From: Myxococcota bacterium
GTDB lineage: Bacteria; Myxococcota_A; UBA9160; PR03
Assembly: GCA_041611735.1 (NCBI GenBank)
Contig: JBFIML010000047.1
Span: 1 to 30,531, forward strand
Reading direction: 5' to 3'
DNA length: 30,531 nt
The notes under the pieces: model-generated
Seen by the model: the letters and a program-made list of their open reading frames with translations, nothing else
Told to the model about the DNA's origin: nothing
Database searches by the model: none
Position numbers and translations under genes: made by a program
Shown: piece by piece, positions 17,970-26,775 of the stretch
Numbering within the stretch: the stretch's first letter is position 1
How the letters are laid out: each line of letters begins with the position of its first letter

Positions 17970-20900
17970 ATGCCGATCCTCCTCGAGATCCTCGTCGTCG
18001 GCGCGGCGGCGTTCGCCGTCGCGCGCCTCACGGCCCCGCCCTGGCGCGGCCGCCTCCTGAACGTCTTCAAGGCCTACGTGACGGTGCGGGCCTTCTGGCT
18101 GCTGCTCACCCACCAGGTGGCCATGGACCCGGCGCAGATCGCCGCCCTGCACCTGGACGGGGTCGTGCCCGAGGGCACCCATCACGTGGCGGCGTGGCGT
18201 CTCATCCTCGCCCAGATCGGGCTGATCGAGGCGCGCACCTTCTGGGCCTTCGTGTTGCTCGCCGCGGCCGTGAAGTTCGTCGGCATCCTGGCCTCCATGA
18301 CGCGCTGGCGCCTGCTGCTGCTCGGCCAGCGCATCGAGCTTCCGTTCCGCCACATCTTTGGATCCTTCCTGATCGGGCGCTTCATCGGAACCTTCCTGCC
18401 CAGCACCGCCGGGCTCGACGGCTACAAGCTCTACGACGCGGCCCGCTTCAGCGGGCGCACGGTGGAGGCCACCGCCGCCACCGTGGTCGAGAAGGTGCTC
18501 GGCTTCTCCGGGATCTTCCTCTCGTTCCTGGTGGCGCTGCCCTTCGGCATCCAGATCTTCGGGACGCGGGGCCCGCTGATCGCGTCCCTGACCGTCCCCG
18601 TGGCCCTCGGCCTGATCGCCGGTCTGCTGATCGCGCTCTGGTTCCCGGGCTTCATCCAGTGGTTCCTGGACCATCTGCCCCTGCCCGGCAAGGCGCGCCT
18701 GGAGGGGCTCGTGATGCGGATCTCCCGCTCCGCCTCCGCCTACCGGGACAAGAAGCTGCTGGTGCTCAGCGCCCTGTTCCTGTCCTTTGTGGTGCACTTC
18801 ACCACGGCGGCCATGTACTACTTCACGGCCGTGGCCATCTCGGCGGAGGGCGCCGCGTTCTGGCCGATCGCCTTCGGCTCCTCGATCCAGATCTTCGCCA
18901 CGGTGATCAGCCCCTTCACCATCGCCGGCGAGGGCATTCGCGAGGCGGCCCAGTACGTGCTGCTCGGCAACCTGATCGGCCCGGCGGCGGCGATCGTGTC
19001 GGCGGCGCTCGGCTTCTGGGCCGCCGAGGCCCTCACGCTGATGGGCGGCGTCTTCTGGTGGGTGCGCAGCCCGGACTACCGCCCGGTGTACTGCCGGGTG
19101 AACGGCGACCAGGTGGACTACGTCGCGGCGGCCCGCGCGGCGCTGGCCCTGGAGACGGAGGAGGACCGGACGCGGCGCTCCGCGCGGCCGGCCGCCGAGC
19201 TGCCGCCGCTCCGGGAGCGGGTGCCCACGAGCGGAGGACTCGGGCTCGGGGCCGGCGTGGTGGCAGGGCTCGTGCTCGGCCTGGCCGAGGCCTTCGTGAT
19301 CCTGCGCGGCGGCGTGGCCGGCGAGGCCCAGGTGCTCTGGTACGGCCCGCTCGCCTACGCGGCGGTGCTCGGCGCGGCGGGGCTCGCGGGCGGCCTCGTG
19401 CTGGGACTGATCCCCATGGAGCGCCGCGAGATCCGCGGCTGGACGCCGAGCCTCGCCTGGCTGGCGCTGCTGGTCCCTCCCGGCCTCGCCGTGACGCTGT
19501 TTCGCGTGCGTCGGGACGTGTTCCACGAGCAGATGCCGCCAATCCCGGTGCTGGCGGCCATCCTCGCCGTGGCCGGACTCCTGGCCGTGGGCCTCTTCCT
19601 GGCGGGCCCGCGCTGGTTCGCCGGGCGTGCGGGCGCCTGGGTGCGGCCCGGGCGGGCCCTGGCTGCGCTCGCCCTGGTCGCCCTGGTGGGCGCCGTGGGC
19701 GCTCGCGTGGTGGCCCCGCCGTCGCCCCCGCTCCCGGCCCCGCGGGCGGTACCGGCGGCCCTGGCGGAGCGGCCCAACGTGATCCTGGTCATGGTGGACA
19801 CCCTGCGGGCCGACGTCCTCTCCTGCTACGGCGGCAGCGTGCAGGCGCCCGCCATCTGCGGACTCGGCGACGACGGCGGGAGCCGCTTCCTGGCCTTCTC
19901 CCACGCCTCCTGGACCAAGCCGGCCGCCGCGACGCTGCTCTCGTCACTGCTGCCCTCGAGCCATGCAGCCGTCTCCAAGACGGCTGCCCTGTCCCAGGAC
20001 GTGGACCTCGTCTCCGAGGTGATGCAGCGCGCCGGCTACGCCACCGGCGGCATCGTCTCGAACATCAACATGACCGCGAGCTTCGGGTTCGATCAGGGTT
20101 GGGACGAGTACCACTACCTCGGACCGGACTACCTGGCGGGGGCCCGGGAGTCGTCGTCGAAGCTGGTCCTGTACCAGATCGGCCGCAAGGTCTGGTTCCG
20201 GCTTTTGCCCGGGCACCGAGTCAACAACTTCTACCAGGACGCCGAGACGGTGAACCGGGTGGCCTTCGACTGGCTGGAGCGGCATCGCAACGCACGCTTC
20301 TTCCTGTTCCTGCACTACATGGACCCGCACGACCCGTACTTCGCCCACCCCTACGACGGGACGGCCGTGGCCCGCGTGGAGCGCGAGCATCCCGACCCGA
20401 CCCAGGCGGAGACCATGCGCCGCTTGTACGACGGGGAGATCCGCTGGCTCGACACGCACGTGGCGCGCCTCCTCGATCACCTGCGCGACCTCGGCCTCTC
20501 GGACGACACCTTGATCCTGCTGACGGCCGACCACGGCGAGGAGTTCCACGAGCACGGCGGCTGGTGGCACGGCAAGACCCTCTACGAGGAGCAGATCCAC
20601 GTCCCGCTGCTGGTCCGGTGGCCGCGAGGGTCGGCGGACGCGAACGGACGCACGGGGGATCGGATCGTTCGACTGCTCGACGTGGCGCCGACCCTCGTTG
20701 CGCGCGCGGGAGCGCCGGTGCCCGAGGCGATGCAGGGGACCGACCTGGTGGGCGGCCCCTTGGAGCGTGTCGTGTTCGCCGAGGAGGACCACGAAGGCAA
20801 CGTGCTCACGGCGATACGCACGCGGGAGTGGAAGCTGATCGAGGCGAACCAGGGCAACCCGCGCGGGCTGCCGCCCGTCGAGCTGTTCGCCATCCAGCGC

Positions 20901-21086
20901 GACCCGGGCGAGACGCGCAACCTGGACGGGACCCACGGCGACGTGGCGGCACGCCTGCGCGAGGAGGCGGCGGCCCAGCGCCGCTTCGCCGAGAGCCGGG
21001 CCGTGGGAGCGGGCGAGACCGCCCAGCTCAGCCGCGAGGAGTGCGAGAAGCTCCGCGTCCTCGGCTACGTCCAGGAGTGCGACTGA
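17970..21086 (+). CDS. Fusion of an LPG-synthase-TM/UPF0104 flippase-like domain, extra TM helices and a sulfatase-like (alkaline phosphatase superfamily) domain, 1038 aa
   Basis: The N-part has RWRLLL, FIGTFLPSTAGLDGYK, VVEKVLG, PFTIAGEGIREAA (PF03706-like). The C-part, from about aa 601, has RPNVILVMVDTLRAD, SWTKPA, HYMDPHDPY, TADHGEEF, HGKTLYEEQIHVPL and LRVLGYV. Confidence 0.85.
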   Translation: MPILLEILVVGAAAFAVARLTAPPWRGRLLNVFKAYVTVRAFWLLLTHQVAMDPAQIAALHLDGVVPEGTHHVAAWRLILAQIGLIEARTFWAFVLLAAAVKFVGILASMTRWRLLLLGQRIELPFRHIFGSFLIGRFIGTFLPSTAGLDGYKLYDAARFSGRTVEATAATVVEKVLGFSGIFLSFLVALPFGIQIFGTRGPLIASLTVPVALGLIAGLLIALWFPGFIQWFLDHLPLPGKARLEGLVMRISRSASAYRDKKLLVLSALFLSFVVHFTTAAMYYFTAVAISAEGAAFWPIAFGSSIQIFATVISPFTIAGEGIREAAQYVLLGNLIGPAAAIVSAALGFWAAEALTLMGGVFWWVRSPDYRPVYCRVNGDQVDYVAAARAALALETEEDRTRRSARPAAELPPLRERVPTSGGLGLGAGVVAGLVLGLAEAFVILRGGVAGEAQVLWYGPLAYAAVLGAAGLAGGLVLGLIPMERREIRGWTPSLAWLALLVPPGLAVTLFRVRRDVFHEQMPPIPVLAAILAVAGLLAVGLFLAGPRWFAGRAGAWVRPGRALAALALVALVGAVGARVVAPPSPPLPAPRAVPAALAERPNVILVMVDTLRADVLSCYGGSVQAPAICGLGDDGGSRFLAFSHASWTKPAAATLLSSLLPSSHAAVSKTAALSQDVDLVSEVMQRAGYATGGIVSNINMTASFGFDQGWDEYHYLGPDYLAGARESSSKLVLYQIGRKVWFRLLPGHRVNNFYQDAETVNRVAFDWLERHRNARFFLFLHYMDPHDPYFAHPYDGTAVARVEREHPDPTQAETMRRLYDGEIRWLDTHVARLLDHLRDLGLSDDTLILLTADHGEEFHEHGGWWHGKTLYEEQIHVPLLVRWPRGSADANGRTGDRIVRLLDVAPTLVARAGAPVPEAMQGTDLVGGPLERVVFAEEDHEGNVLTAIRTREWKLIEANQGNPRGLPPVELFAIQRDPGETRNLDGTHGDVAARLREEAAAQRRFAESRAVGAGETAQLSREECEKLRVLGYVQECD

Positions 21087-21154
21087 CGGGACGTGGTGGA
21101 CGAGTTGACTTTTCGAGACGGCTCCGCGGCCGACGTCCCCGGGGAAGAAGTCGA

Positions 21155-22573
21155 TCAGCCTACAACGTCCCCGGTCTCCTCGAGCTGGGCAGCGACGCGC
21201 AGGAGCACGTCCTCCCGCCCGTAGGCCGCCACGAGCTGCACGCCAATCGGGAGACCCGCCGCGTTGCGGCGCAGCGGCAGCGAGATGGCGGGCTGGCCCG
21301 TCACGTTGAACGGGATCGTGAAGAGGACGAAGCTCGTGGATCGAGACAGGGCCCGCATCGGCTCCTCGGGCGTCGGATCGAAGTCGCCGAGCGGCGGCGG
21401 CGGCTCGGGGATGGTCGGCGTGAGGAGCAGGTCGTAGCCGTCCTCCCACCAGCGCGCCATGCGACGGGAGAAGGTCTGCAGCGCGTTCACGGCCTCGATG
21501 TAGCGCGTCGCCGGGATCTCGCGTCCGAGTTCGGCGAGCGCCCAGTTGTGCGGCTCCACGTCGTCCGCTGCGATACGTCGCCCGGTGCGTCGGCTCCAGT
21601 AATCGAGGTTCCGGGCGGTCCAGCCGGCAATGAGCGCGGTGGTCGCTTCCGCGAGCTCCGGGTCCGCCAGGGCCGACGGGTGCGACTCTTCGACGCAATG
21701 CCCCAGGGATTCGAGCCGTCGCGCCGCCGCGTCCGCGGCGACGACGACGTCGCGGTGGACTTCGACCTGCCCGCGCGGATCTCGGGTTAGGAGCCCGATG
21801 CGCAGCCGCCCGGGTCCGGCGACCACCTCCGAGGCGAAGGGACGGGCGGGGACCGCTGCGAAGTAGGGGTCCCCCGGCATCGGTCCGGACAGCGCGTCCA
21901 ACATGCGGGCCGTATCGCGCACCGAGCGGCTCACCACCCCCTCGGTCACGAGGCCGGCCCACTTCTCGCCGCCATCCGGTCCGATGGGTAGCCGCCCGCG
22001 GGTCGGCTTGAGTCCGATCACCCCGCACTCGCTGGCGGGAATGCGGATCGAACCGCCCCCGTCGCTGGCATGGGCCACCGGCACCAGGCCCGCCGCGACC
22101 GCGGCCGCTGACCCGCCGCTCGAGCCTCCCGCCGAGCGCGAGGGGTCCCACGGGTTGTGCGTGCGACCGTAGGCGCGCGATTCGGTAGTGGTCTGGGTGC
22201 CGAGCTCGGGCGTGTTCGTCTTGCCGAGCAGCACGAGACCCGCCCGGCGGAACCGTTGCACCAGGTAGGTGTCTTCCGCTTCGACCCAGTTCAGCTGCTT
22301 CAGGAAGGTCATGCCCGCGTGGTAGGGATCCCCGGCCGAGTGGGAATCCAGGTCCTTCAGCAGGAAGGGGACGCCCCGGAAGGGCCCCTCCGGTGCGGCG
22401 TCGGCCTCGGTGCGCGCCTTCTCGAAGCGCTCCGTGATGACGGCGTTCAGGTCGGGATTCAGGCGCTCGATTCGCGCGATGGCGGCGGCGACCAGCTCGG
22501 CGGGCTTGGCCTCGCCGCGGCGCACGAGCTCGGCCTGGGCGGTGGCATCGAGCCGGGCCAGTTCGTCGCTCAT
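21155..22573 (-). CDS. Amidase-signature family amidase
   Basis: GVPFLLKD (catalytic Lys), [34 protein letters not shown]. An AAGGAG RBS and a TAGGAT -10 lie upstream. Confidence 0.93.
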   Translation of the reverse strand: MSDELARLDATAQAELVRRGEAKPAELVAAAIARIERLNPDLNAVITERFEKARTEADAAPEGPFRGVPFLLKDLDSHSAGDPYHAGMTFLKQLNWVEAEDTYLVQRFRRAGLVLLGKTNTPELGTQTTTESRAYGRTHNPWDPSRSAGGSSGGSAAAVAAGLVPVAHASDGGGSIRIPASECGVIGLKPTRGRLPIGPDGGEKWAGLVTEGVVSRSVRDTARMLDALSGPMPGDPYFAAVPARPFASEVVAGPGRLRIGLLTRDPRGQVEVHRDVVVAADAAARRLESLGHCVEESHPSALADPELAEATTALIAGWTARNLDYWSRRTGRRIAADDVEPHNWALAELGREIPATRYIEAVNALQTFSRRMARWWEDGYDLLLTPTIPEPPPPLGDFDPTPEEPMRALSRSTSFVLFTIPFNVTGQPAISLPLRRNAAGLPIGVQLVAAYGREDVLLRVAAQLEETGDVVG

Positions 22574-22625
22574 GGGGTTCTCCTTGGCGAAGAGCGATCC
22601 TATGCCGGCCGCCCCGCCGGCGCCA

Positions 22626-22655
22626 TTGACGGCTTCCGGGGGACGCGTCTACCCT
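22626..22655 (+). promoter_or_regulatory. Putative sigma70 promoter TTGACG-N18-TACCCT for metB
   Basis: TTGACG at 22626-22631 and TACCCT at 22650-22655, which implies a leader of about 120 nt before the ATG at 22782. Confidence 0.45.
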
Positions 22656-22661
22656 GGGCGA

Positions 22662-22770
22662 CTGCGGGTCCGAAGGATCGGGTCGATTTCGGGCGCTTGC
22701 AGGACCCCTCGGACCCCCGGCCAACCCACCCGACGGGTGCTCCGCCCGACCTGCTAAGCGCCTCCGGACT
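22662..22770 (+). ncRNA. Candidate structured 5' leader (possible Met/SAM-related cis-regulatory RNA)
   Basis: GGGTCCGA (22666-73) pairs with TCGGACCC (22709-16). GGCGCTT-GCAGG (22692-22703) pairs with CCTGC-T-AAGCGCC (22750-62). There is also a CACCC-GAC-GGGTG hairpin (22727-39). Confidence 0.3.
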
Positions 22771-22781
22771 GCGAGAGACGC

Positions 22782-23963
22782 ATGACCGAACGCCGCAACC
22801 CGGCGGGCGATTCGACGCGCTCGGTGCACGCCGGCGAACGCGACCAGCGCGAGAGCGACGCCGTCCCGACCCCGATCTTCCAGACCTCCACCTTCTGGTT
22901 CCAGGACTCGGACCAGCTGCGGGCCTACCAGGAGAAGCGCCTGCGGCGGGACGAGTACGGCCGATACGGCAACCCCACCTGGCGTGCTGTGGAGTCCAAG
23001 CTCGCCGAGCTCGAGCAAGGCGAAGCCGCGGTGCTGTTCGCCTCGGGGATGTGCGCCGCCACCACCCTGTTCCTGGCGCTGCTGCCGCGAGGGTCGCACC
23101 TGATCGTGACGAGCGATTGCTACCGACGCACCCGGCAGTTCATCCGTCAGTACCTGAGCAAGCTCGACGTGGAGACGACCGTGATCGAGCCCGCCGACCC
23201 GGAGAAGCTCGAGGCGGCGATCGGAGCGAAGACGCGCTTCTTCTTCACCGAGAGCCCGACCAACCCCTATCTGCGTGTGATGGATCTTCCCGAGGCCGCA
23301 CGCGTCGCCCACGCGCGTGGCGTCAAGGTGGTGGTGGACTCCACCTTCGCCACGCCGGTGAATCAGCAGCCGCTCACCGAAGGCGCTGACCTGGTGATCC
23401 ACAGCGCCACCAAGTACCTGGGCGGACACAACGACCTGCTGGCGGGAGTAGCCGTGGGATCCACGGCCCTGGTGGACGAGCTGCGAGAGGCCGTCGGCGT
23501 GCTGGGGGGCGTGCTCGATCCGCACGCCGCCTGGCTCCTGCTGCGCGGCCTCAAGACCCTGGCGCTGCGCATGGAACGTCACAACGAGAACGGGCTGTGC
23601 GTGGCCCGCTGGCTCGAGTCGCATCCGCGCGTGCGGAAGGTGTTCTACCCGGGCCTCGACAGCCACCCGGACCACCCGGTGGCGAAGCGCCTGATGCGCG
23701 GCTTTGGCGGCGTGGTCACCTTCGAGCTCGACGCCGACTTCGACGCCACCGTGCGTTTCGTGGACCGCTGCCGGATCCCGTACCTGGCGCCGAGCCTGGG
23801 TGGCGTCGAGTCGCTGATCGAGATGCCGGCGCTCATGTCCTACTGGGACCTCTCACGGGACGAGCGCTATGCCCTGGGCATCACGGATTCGCTGGTGCGC
23901 CTGGCGTGCGGCATCGAGGACGCGGACGACCTGATCGCCGACCTGGAACAGGCGCTTGCCTGA
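22782..23963 (+). CDS. metB: Cys/Met metabolism PLP enzyme, probable cystathionine gamma-synthase (plant-like type)
   Basis: Motifs YGRYGNPT, FASGM, ESPTNP, DSTFATP, HSATKYLGGHND (PLP Lys), RGLKTL, SLGGVESL, LVRLACGIED. Confidence 0.8.
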   Translation: MTERRNPAGDSTRSVHAGERDQRESDAVPTPIFQTSTFWFQDSDQLRAYQEKRLRRDEYGRYGNPTWRAVESKLAELEQGEAAVLFASGMCAATTLFLALLPRGSHLIVTSDCYRRTRQFIRQYLSKLDVETTVIEPADPEKLEAAIGAKTRFFFTESPTNPYLRVMDLPEAARVAHARGVKVVVDSTFATPVNQQPLTEGADLVIHSATKYLGGHNDLLAGVAVGSTALVDELREAVGVLGGVLDPHAAWLLLRGLKTLALRMERHNENGLCVARWLESHPRVRKVFYPGLDSHPDHPVAKRLMRGFGGVVTFELDADFDATVRFVDRCRIPYLAPSLGGVESLIEMPALMSYWDLSRDERYALGITDSLVRLACGIEDADDLIADLEQALA

Positions 23964-24038
23964 TGGGATGGGGACCTGCTCGACTGCCTGACTTCCATGG
24001 GTCTCCCCGCGGGATTCGAAGCTCCCCACGCGGAGACG

Positions 24039-24557
24039 TCAGCGAGTCGCGAACGTCCCCGGACTCTCCATCGCCAGGAGGCGCTGCTTCAGGGCGAGCC
24101 CGCCGCCGTAGCCGCCGAGCCGTCCCCCGCTCGCGACGACGCGGTGGCAGGGCACCACCAGGGGAATCGGATTGGCGCCGTTGGACGCCCCCACGGCCCG
24201 GACCGCCCGCGGCCTCCCCATGCGGCGTGCAACCTCCCCGTAGGAGCGGGTCTCGCCGTAGGGGATGCGCGCCACCTCCCGGTAGACGGCGCGCTGGAAG
24301 GCCGTGCCGCGCAGGTCGAGGGGCAGCTCGAAGCGCCGCAGCTTGCCCTGCAGGTAGTCGACGACCTGGCGTGCCGCCTCCCGGTTGGGTGCGAACGCCT
24401 CGCTCACCTCAGCCTCCGGCGCAAAGCGCCGCAGCCAGCCCGCGAAGCCGCGCCCGCTGGCCCGCGGCAACTCCAGGTAGGCGAGCCCCTTGGCGGTGGA
24501 GGCGAGGCGCACGGACCCGATCGGGGAGTCGACCGTGGCGACGTGGACGATCTCCAT
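24039..24557 (-). CDS. ogt: Methylated-DNA--protein-cysteine S-methyltransferase
   Basis: Motifs GTAFQ, IPYGETRSYG, RAVG, NPIPLVVPCHRV (active-site PCHR), LGGYGGG...KQRLL..E. Confidence 0.95.
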   Translation of the reverse strand: MEIVHVATVDSPIGSVRLASTAKGLAYLELPRASGRGFAGWLRRFAPEAEVSEAFAPNREAARQVVDYLQGKLRRFELPLDLRGTAFQRAVYREVARIPYGETRSYGEVARRMGRPRAVRAVGASNGANPIPLVVPCHRVVASGGRLGGYGGGLALKQRLLAMESPGTFATR

Positions 24558-24566
24558 CCGCCCAGG

Positions 24567-24575
24567 ACGATACCA
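24567..24575 (-). promoter_or_regulatory. Extended -10 element TGGTATCGT, 9 nt upstream of the ogt start
   Basis: A TGn-TAnnnT pattern on the minus strand, with no SD sequence between it and the ATG. Confidence 0.4.
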
Positions 24576-24613
24576 GCCCAGGCCCGCTCTCGAAAGCCGC
24601 CAGGCTCGGGGCG

Positions 24614-26110
24614 CTAGTCGGCGATCCCGAGTCGTTTCATCATCTTCTGGAGCGATTGACGCGGAATGCCGAGACGCTCTGCCGCGCGGCTCTTGCTGCC
24701 GGTCTCGCGGATCGCCGCCAGGATCATGCGGCGCTTGAGCTCGTCCACGGAGCGGTTCAGATCCCAGCTCTCCCCGTCTTCCCGGGGCGGCCCAGCCGCC
24801 GCGGCCGGACTCCCACCCCGGATGTGCTCCGAGAGCATCTCGACGCCAATCGAGTCGGCCTCACCGGCCAGGGCCAGGACGCGCTCGATCTCGTTCTCGA
24901 GCTCGCGCACGTTCCCGCTCCAGTCGTAGGCCGTCAGGCGGTCCATGGCCGCATTGGTGAACCCCTTGAGCGAGCGGCCCATCTTGCGGTTGCTCTCCTC
25001 GAGGAAGTGGTGGGCCAGCAGCGGGATGTCCGAGCGCCGCTCGCGCAGGGGCGGCAGATCGATCTCCACCACCCGCAGGCGGTAGTAGAGGTCCTCCCGG
25101 AAACGCCCCTCCTGCACGAGCCGGCGCAGGTCCCGGTTCGTGGCCGCCATGACCCGCACGTCCACCTTGCGCGTCTCCGAGGAGCCCAGCGCACGGATCT
25201 CTCCGTCCTGGAGCACGCGCAGCAATCGCACCTGCATGCCCGGGTTCGTCTCGCCGATCTCGTCCAGGAAGATCGTGCCTCCGTCGGCGGCTTCGAAGAG
25301 GCCCTTCTTGTCGGCGTGGGCACCGGTGAAGGCACCGCGCTTGTGCCCGAAAAGCTCGCTCTCCAGCAGCGTGTCCGGCAACGCTGCGCAGTTCTGGGCC
25401 ACGAAACGACGGCTGCGGCGCGGTCCCGTGTAGTGGATGGCGCGCGCCACCAGGTCCTTGCCGGTGCCCGTCTCGCCGGTGATGAGCACCGTCGCGTCGG
25501 TCTGCGCCACCTTCTCCATCACCTCGAACACGCGGTGCATGGCCTGGCTCTCGCCCAGGATCTGGTCGAAGGCGTAGCGTCGCTCCACCTCCCGGCGCAG
25601 GTAGAGGTTCTCGCGGCGCAGCCGCTCGTTGGCCTCGGCCAGAGCCGCGGCCAGCTCGAGGTTCTCGCCGGCGAGACCGAACGACTCGAGGGCCCGCTTC
25701 ACGTTGATGCGTAGCTCGTCGGGATCCCAGGGCTTCGGGACGTAGCGGTAGATGCGCCCCGCGTTGATGGCCCGGACCAGCGATCCCACATCCGCGTAGC
25801 CGGCCAGCATCATGCGGATGGTACGCGGCGCCCTTTCGAGGACCTTCTCCAGGAACTCCACGCCGGTCATGCCCGGCATCATCTGGTCCGCGATCACGAG
25901 GGCGATTTCCTCGCGCTCGAGGATCGCAAGACCTTCCTCCCCCGTGCGCGCCGTGAAGACGCGGTAGTCGTCGCGGAGGGTGAGCTCCAGGCTCTCGAGG
26001 ATGGCCTCCTCGTCGTCGACGAGCAGGATCCCGTAGGGACGGTCCTCGGCGCCGCGCTGGATGGCGGCTTCGACGAGGGCGGGGGAGCGGAGATCGGGTT
26101 CGCTGGGCAC
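24614..26110 (-). CDS. Sigma54-dependent response regulator (NtrC family: REC-AAA+-Fis HTH)
   Basis: Receiver LLVDDE...IADQMMPG...KPW; Walker [22 protein letters not shown], Walker [26 protein letters not shown]-terminal [12 protein letters not shown]. Confidence 0.95.
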   Translation of the reverse strand: MPSEPDLRSPALVEAAIQRGAEDRPYGILLVDDEEAILESLELTLRDDYRVFTARTGEEGLAILEREEIALVIADQMMPGMTGVEFLEKVLERAPRTIRMMLAGYADVGSLVRAINAGRIYRYVPKPWDPDELRINVKRALESFGLAGENLELAAALAEANERLRRENLYLRREVERRYAFDQILGESQAMHRVFEVMEKVAQTDATVLITGETGTGKDLVARAIHYTGPRRSRRFVAQNCAALPDTLLESELFGHKRGAFTGAHADKKGLFEAADGGTIFLDEIGETNPGMQVRLLRVLQDGEIRALGSSETRKVDVRVMAATNRDLRRLVQEGRFREDLYYRLRVVEIDLPPLRERRSDIPLLAHHFLEESNRKMGRSLKGFTNAAMDRLTAYDWSGNVRELENEIERVLALAGEADSIGVEMLSEHIRGGSPAAAAGPPREDGESWDLNRSVDELKRRMILAAIRETGSKSRAAERLGIPRQSLQKMMKRLGIAD

Positions 26111-26119
26111 GCCGGACTA

Positions 26120-26128
26120 AGGATACCA
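26120..26128 (-). promoter_or_regulatory. Extended -10 element TGGTATCCT, 9 nt upstream of the regulator's GTG
   Basis: Near-identical motif and the same spacing as upstream of ogt; no SD sequence. Confidence 0.4.
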
Positions 26129-26145
26129 ACGAAGGCTCCCCGCCC

Positions 26146-26207
26146 AAAAGCGCCCGACGCTGCCCGGCGCGGGCGGCAGGCCGGGGCCAGGCCTCGACCT
26201 GCCGCCC
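26146..26207 (-). terminator. Overlapping hairpins downstream of the basic-protein gene; probable intrinsic terminator
   Basis: A perfect 10-bp inverted repeat GGGCGGCAGG (26171-80) / CCTGCCGCCC (26198-207). An alternative stem CGCCCG (26151-56) / CGGGCG (26170-75) is followed by CTTTT on the minus strand. Confidence 0.5.
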
Positions 26208-26224
26208 TCCCAGACGCCGCAGTC

Positions 26225-26665
26225 CTAGCGGCGTGCCCGGCGACGACCCGACGTGCGACGGGCCGTGGTGCGCCGACGCGCGGTGGTCCGGCGCGCCGGG
26301 CGCCGCGCGGTGCGGCGTGCGGCCTTGCGACGCCGTGTCGTGCCGCGCCGCGCCGTCGTGCGACGAGCGGTGCGGCCGCTGGCCCGGCGCCGAGCGGGCG
26401 CGCGCTTGGTGCGCGTGCTGCTCCGGCGGCGCCGCGAACCGGGACGCGCCATGCGGGTGGATGCCACGTCGCCGTCCCGATCCACGAAGTAGAGCATGCC
26501 CACTTCGCGATCGACGCCGACGCGGACCACCTTCTGGGGGCGGCCCCGGGGCGCCCGTCCGCCCGCCCGCGCCATGCGGGCTCGACTGACGTCGCCTTGC
26601 TTGTCGAGGTAGTAGAGCCACCCCTTCTCCCGGCGGATGCCGGTCCTGGCGATCTTCTTGGCCAT
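26225..26665 (-). CDS. Small, highly basic protein: two 31-aa repeats plus an Arg/Thr/Ala-rich protamine/histone H1-like tail (candidate nucleoid-associated protein)
   Basis: Repeats KKIARTGIRREKGWLYYLDKQGDVSRARMAR and QKVVRVGVDREVGMLYFVDRDGDVASTRMAR. The tail (aa 75-146) has 33 Arg and no acidic residue. RBS GGAAGGAGAGG. Confidence 0.85.
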   Translation of the reverse strand: MAKKIARTGIRREKGWLYYLDKQGDVSRARMARAGGRAPRGRPQKVVRVGVDREVGMLYFVDRDGDVASTRMARPGSRRRRSSTRTKRAPARRRASGRTARRTTARRGTTRRRKAARRTARRPARRTTARRRTTARRTSGRRRARR

Positions 26666-26775
26666 GAAGTCCTCTCCTTCCGATGCTGGGTTCTGGTTCG
26701 CACGGGGATGCGCGAGCCTCTCACGGGGGGAAGGAGGTGACGCCGCTCGGGAGGAAGGCGAGCGACATCAGGGCA

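Noticed and set aside
26228-26440. Short degenerate DNA repeats (possible CRISPR or tandem repeat)
   Set aside because: They are explained by the (T)TARR peptide repeats of the basic protein. There is no constant repeat-spacer structure and no cas genes.
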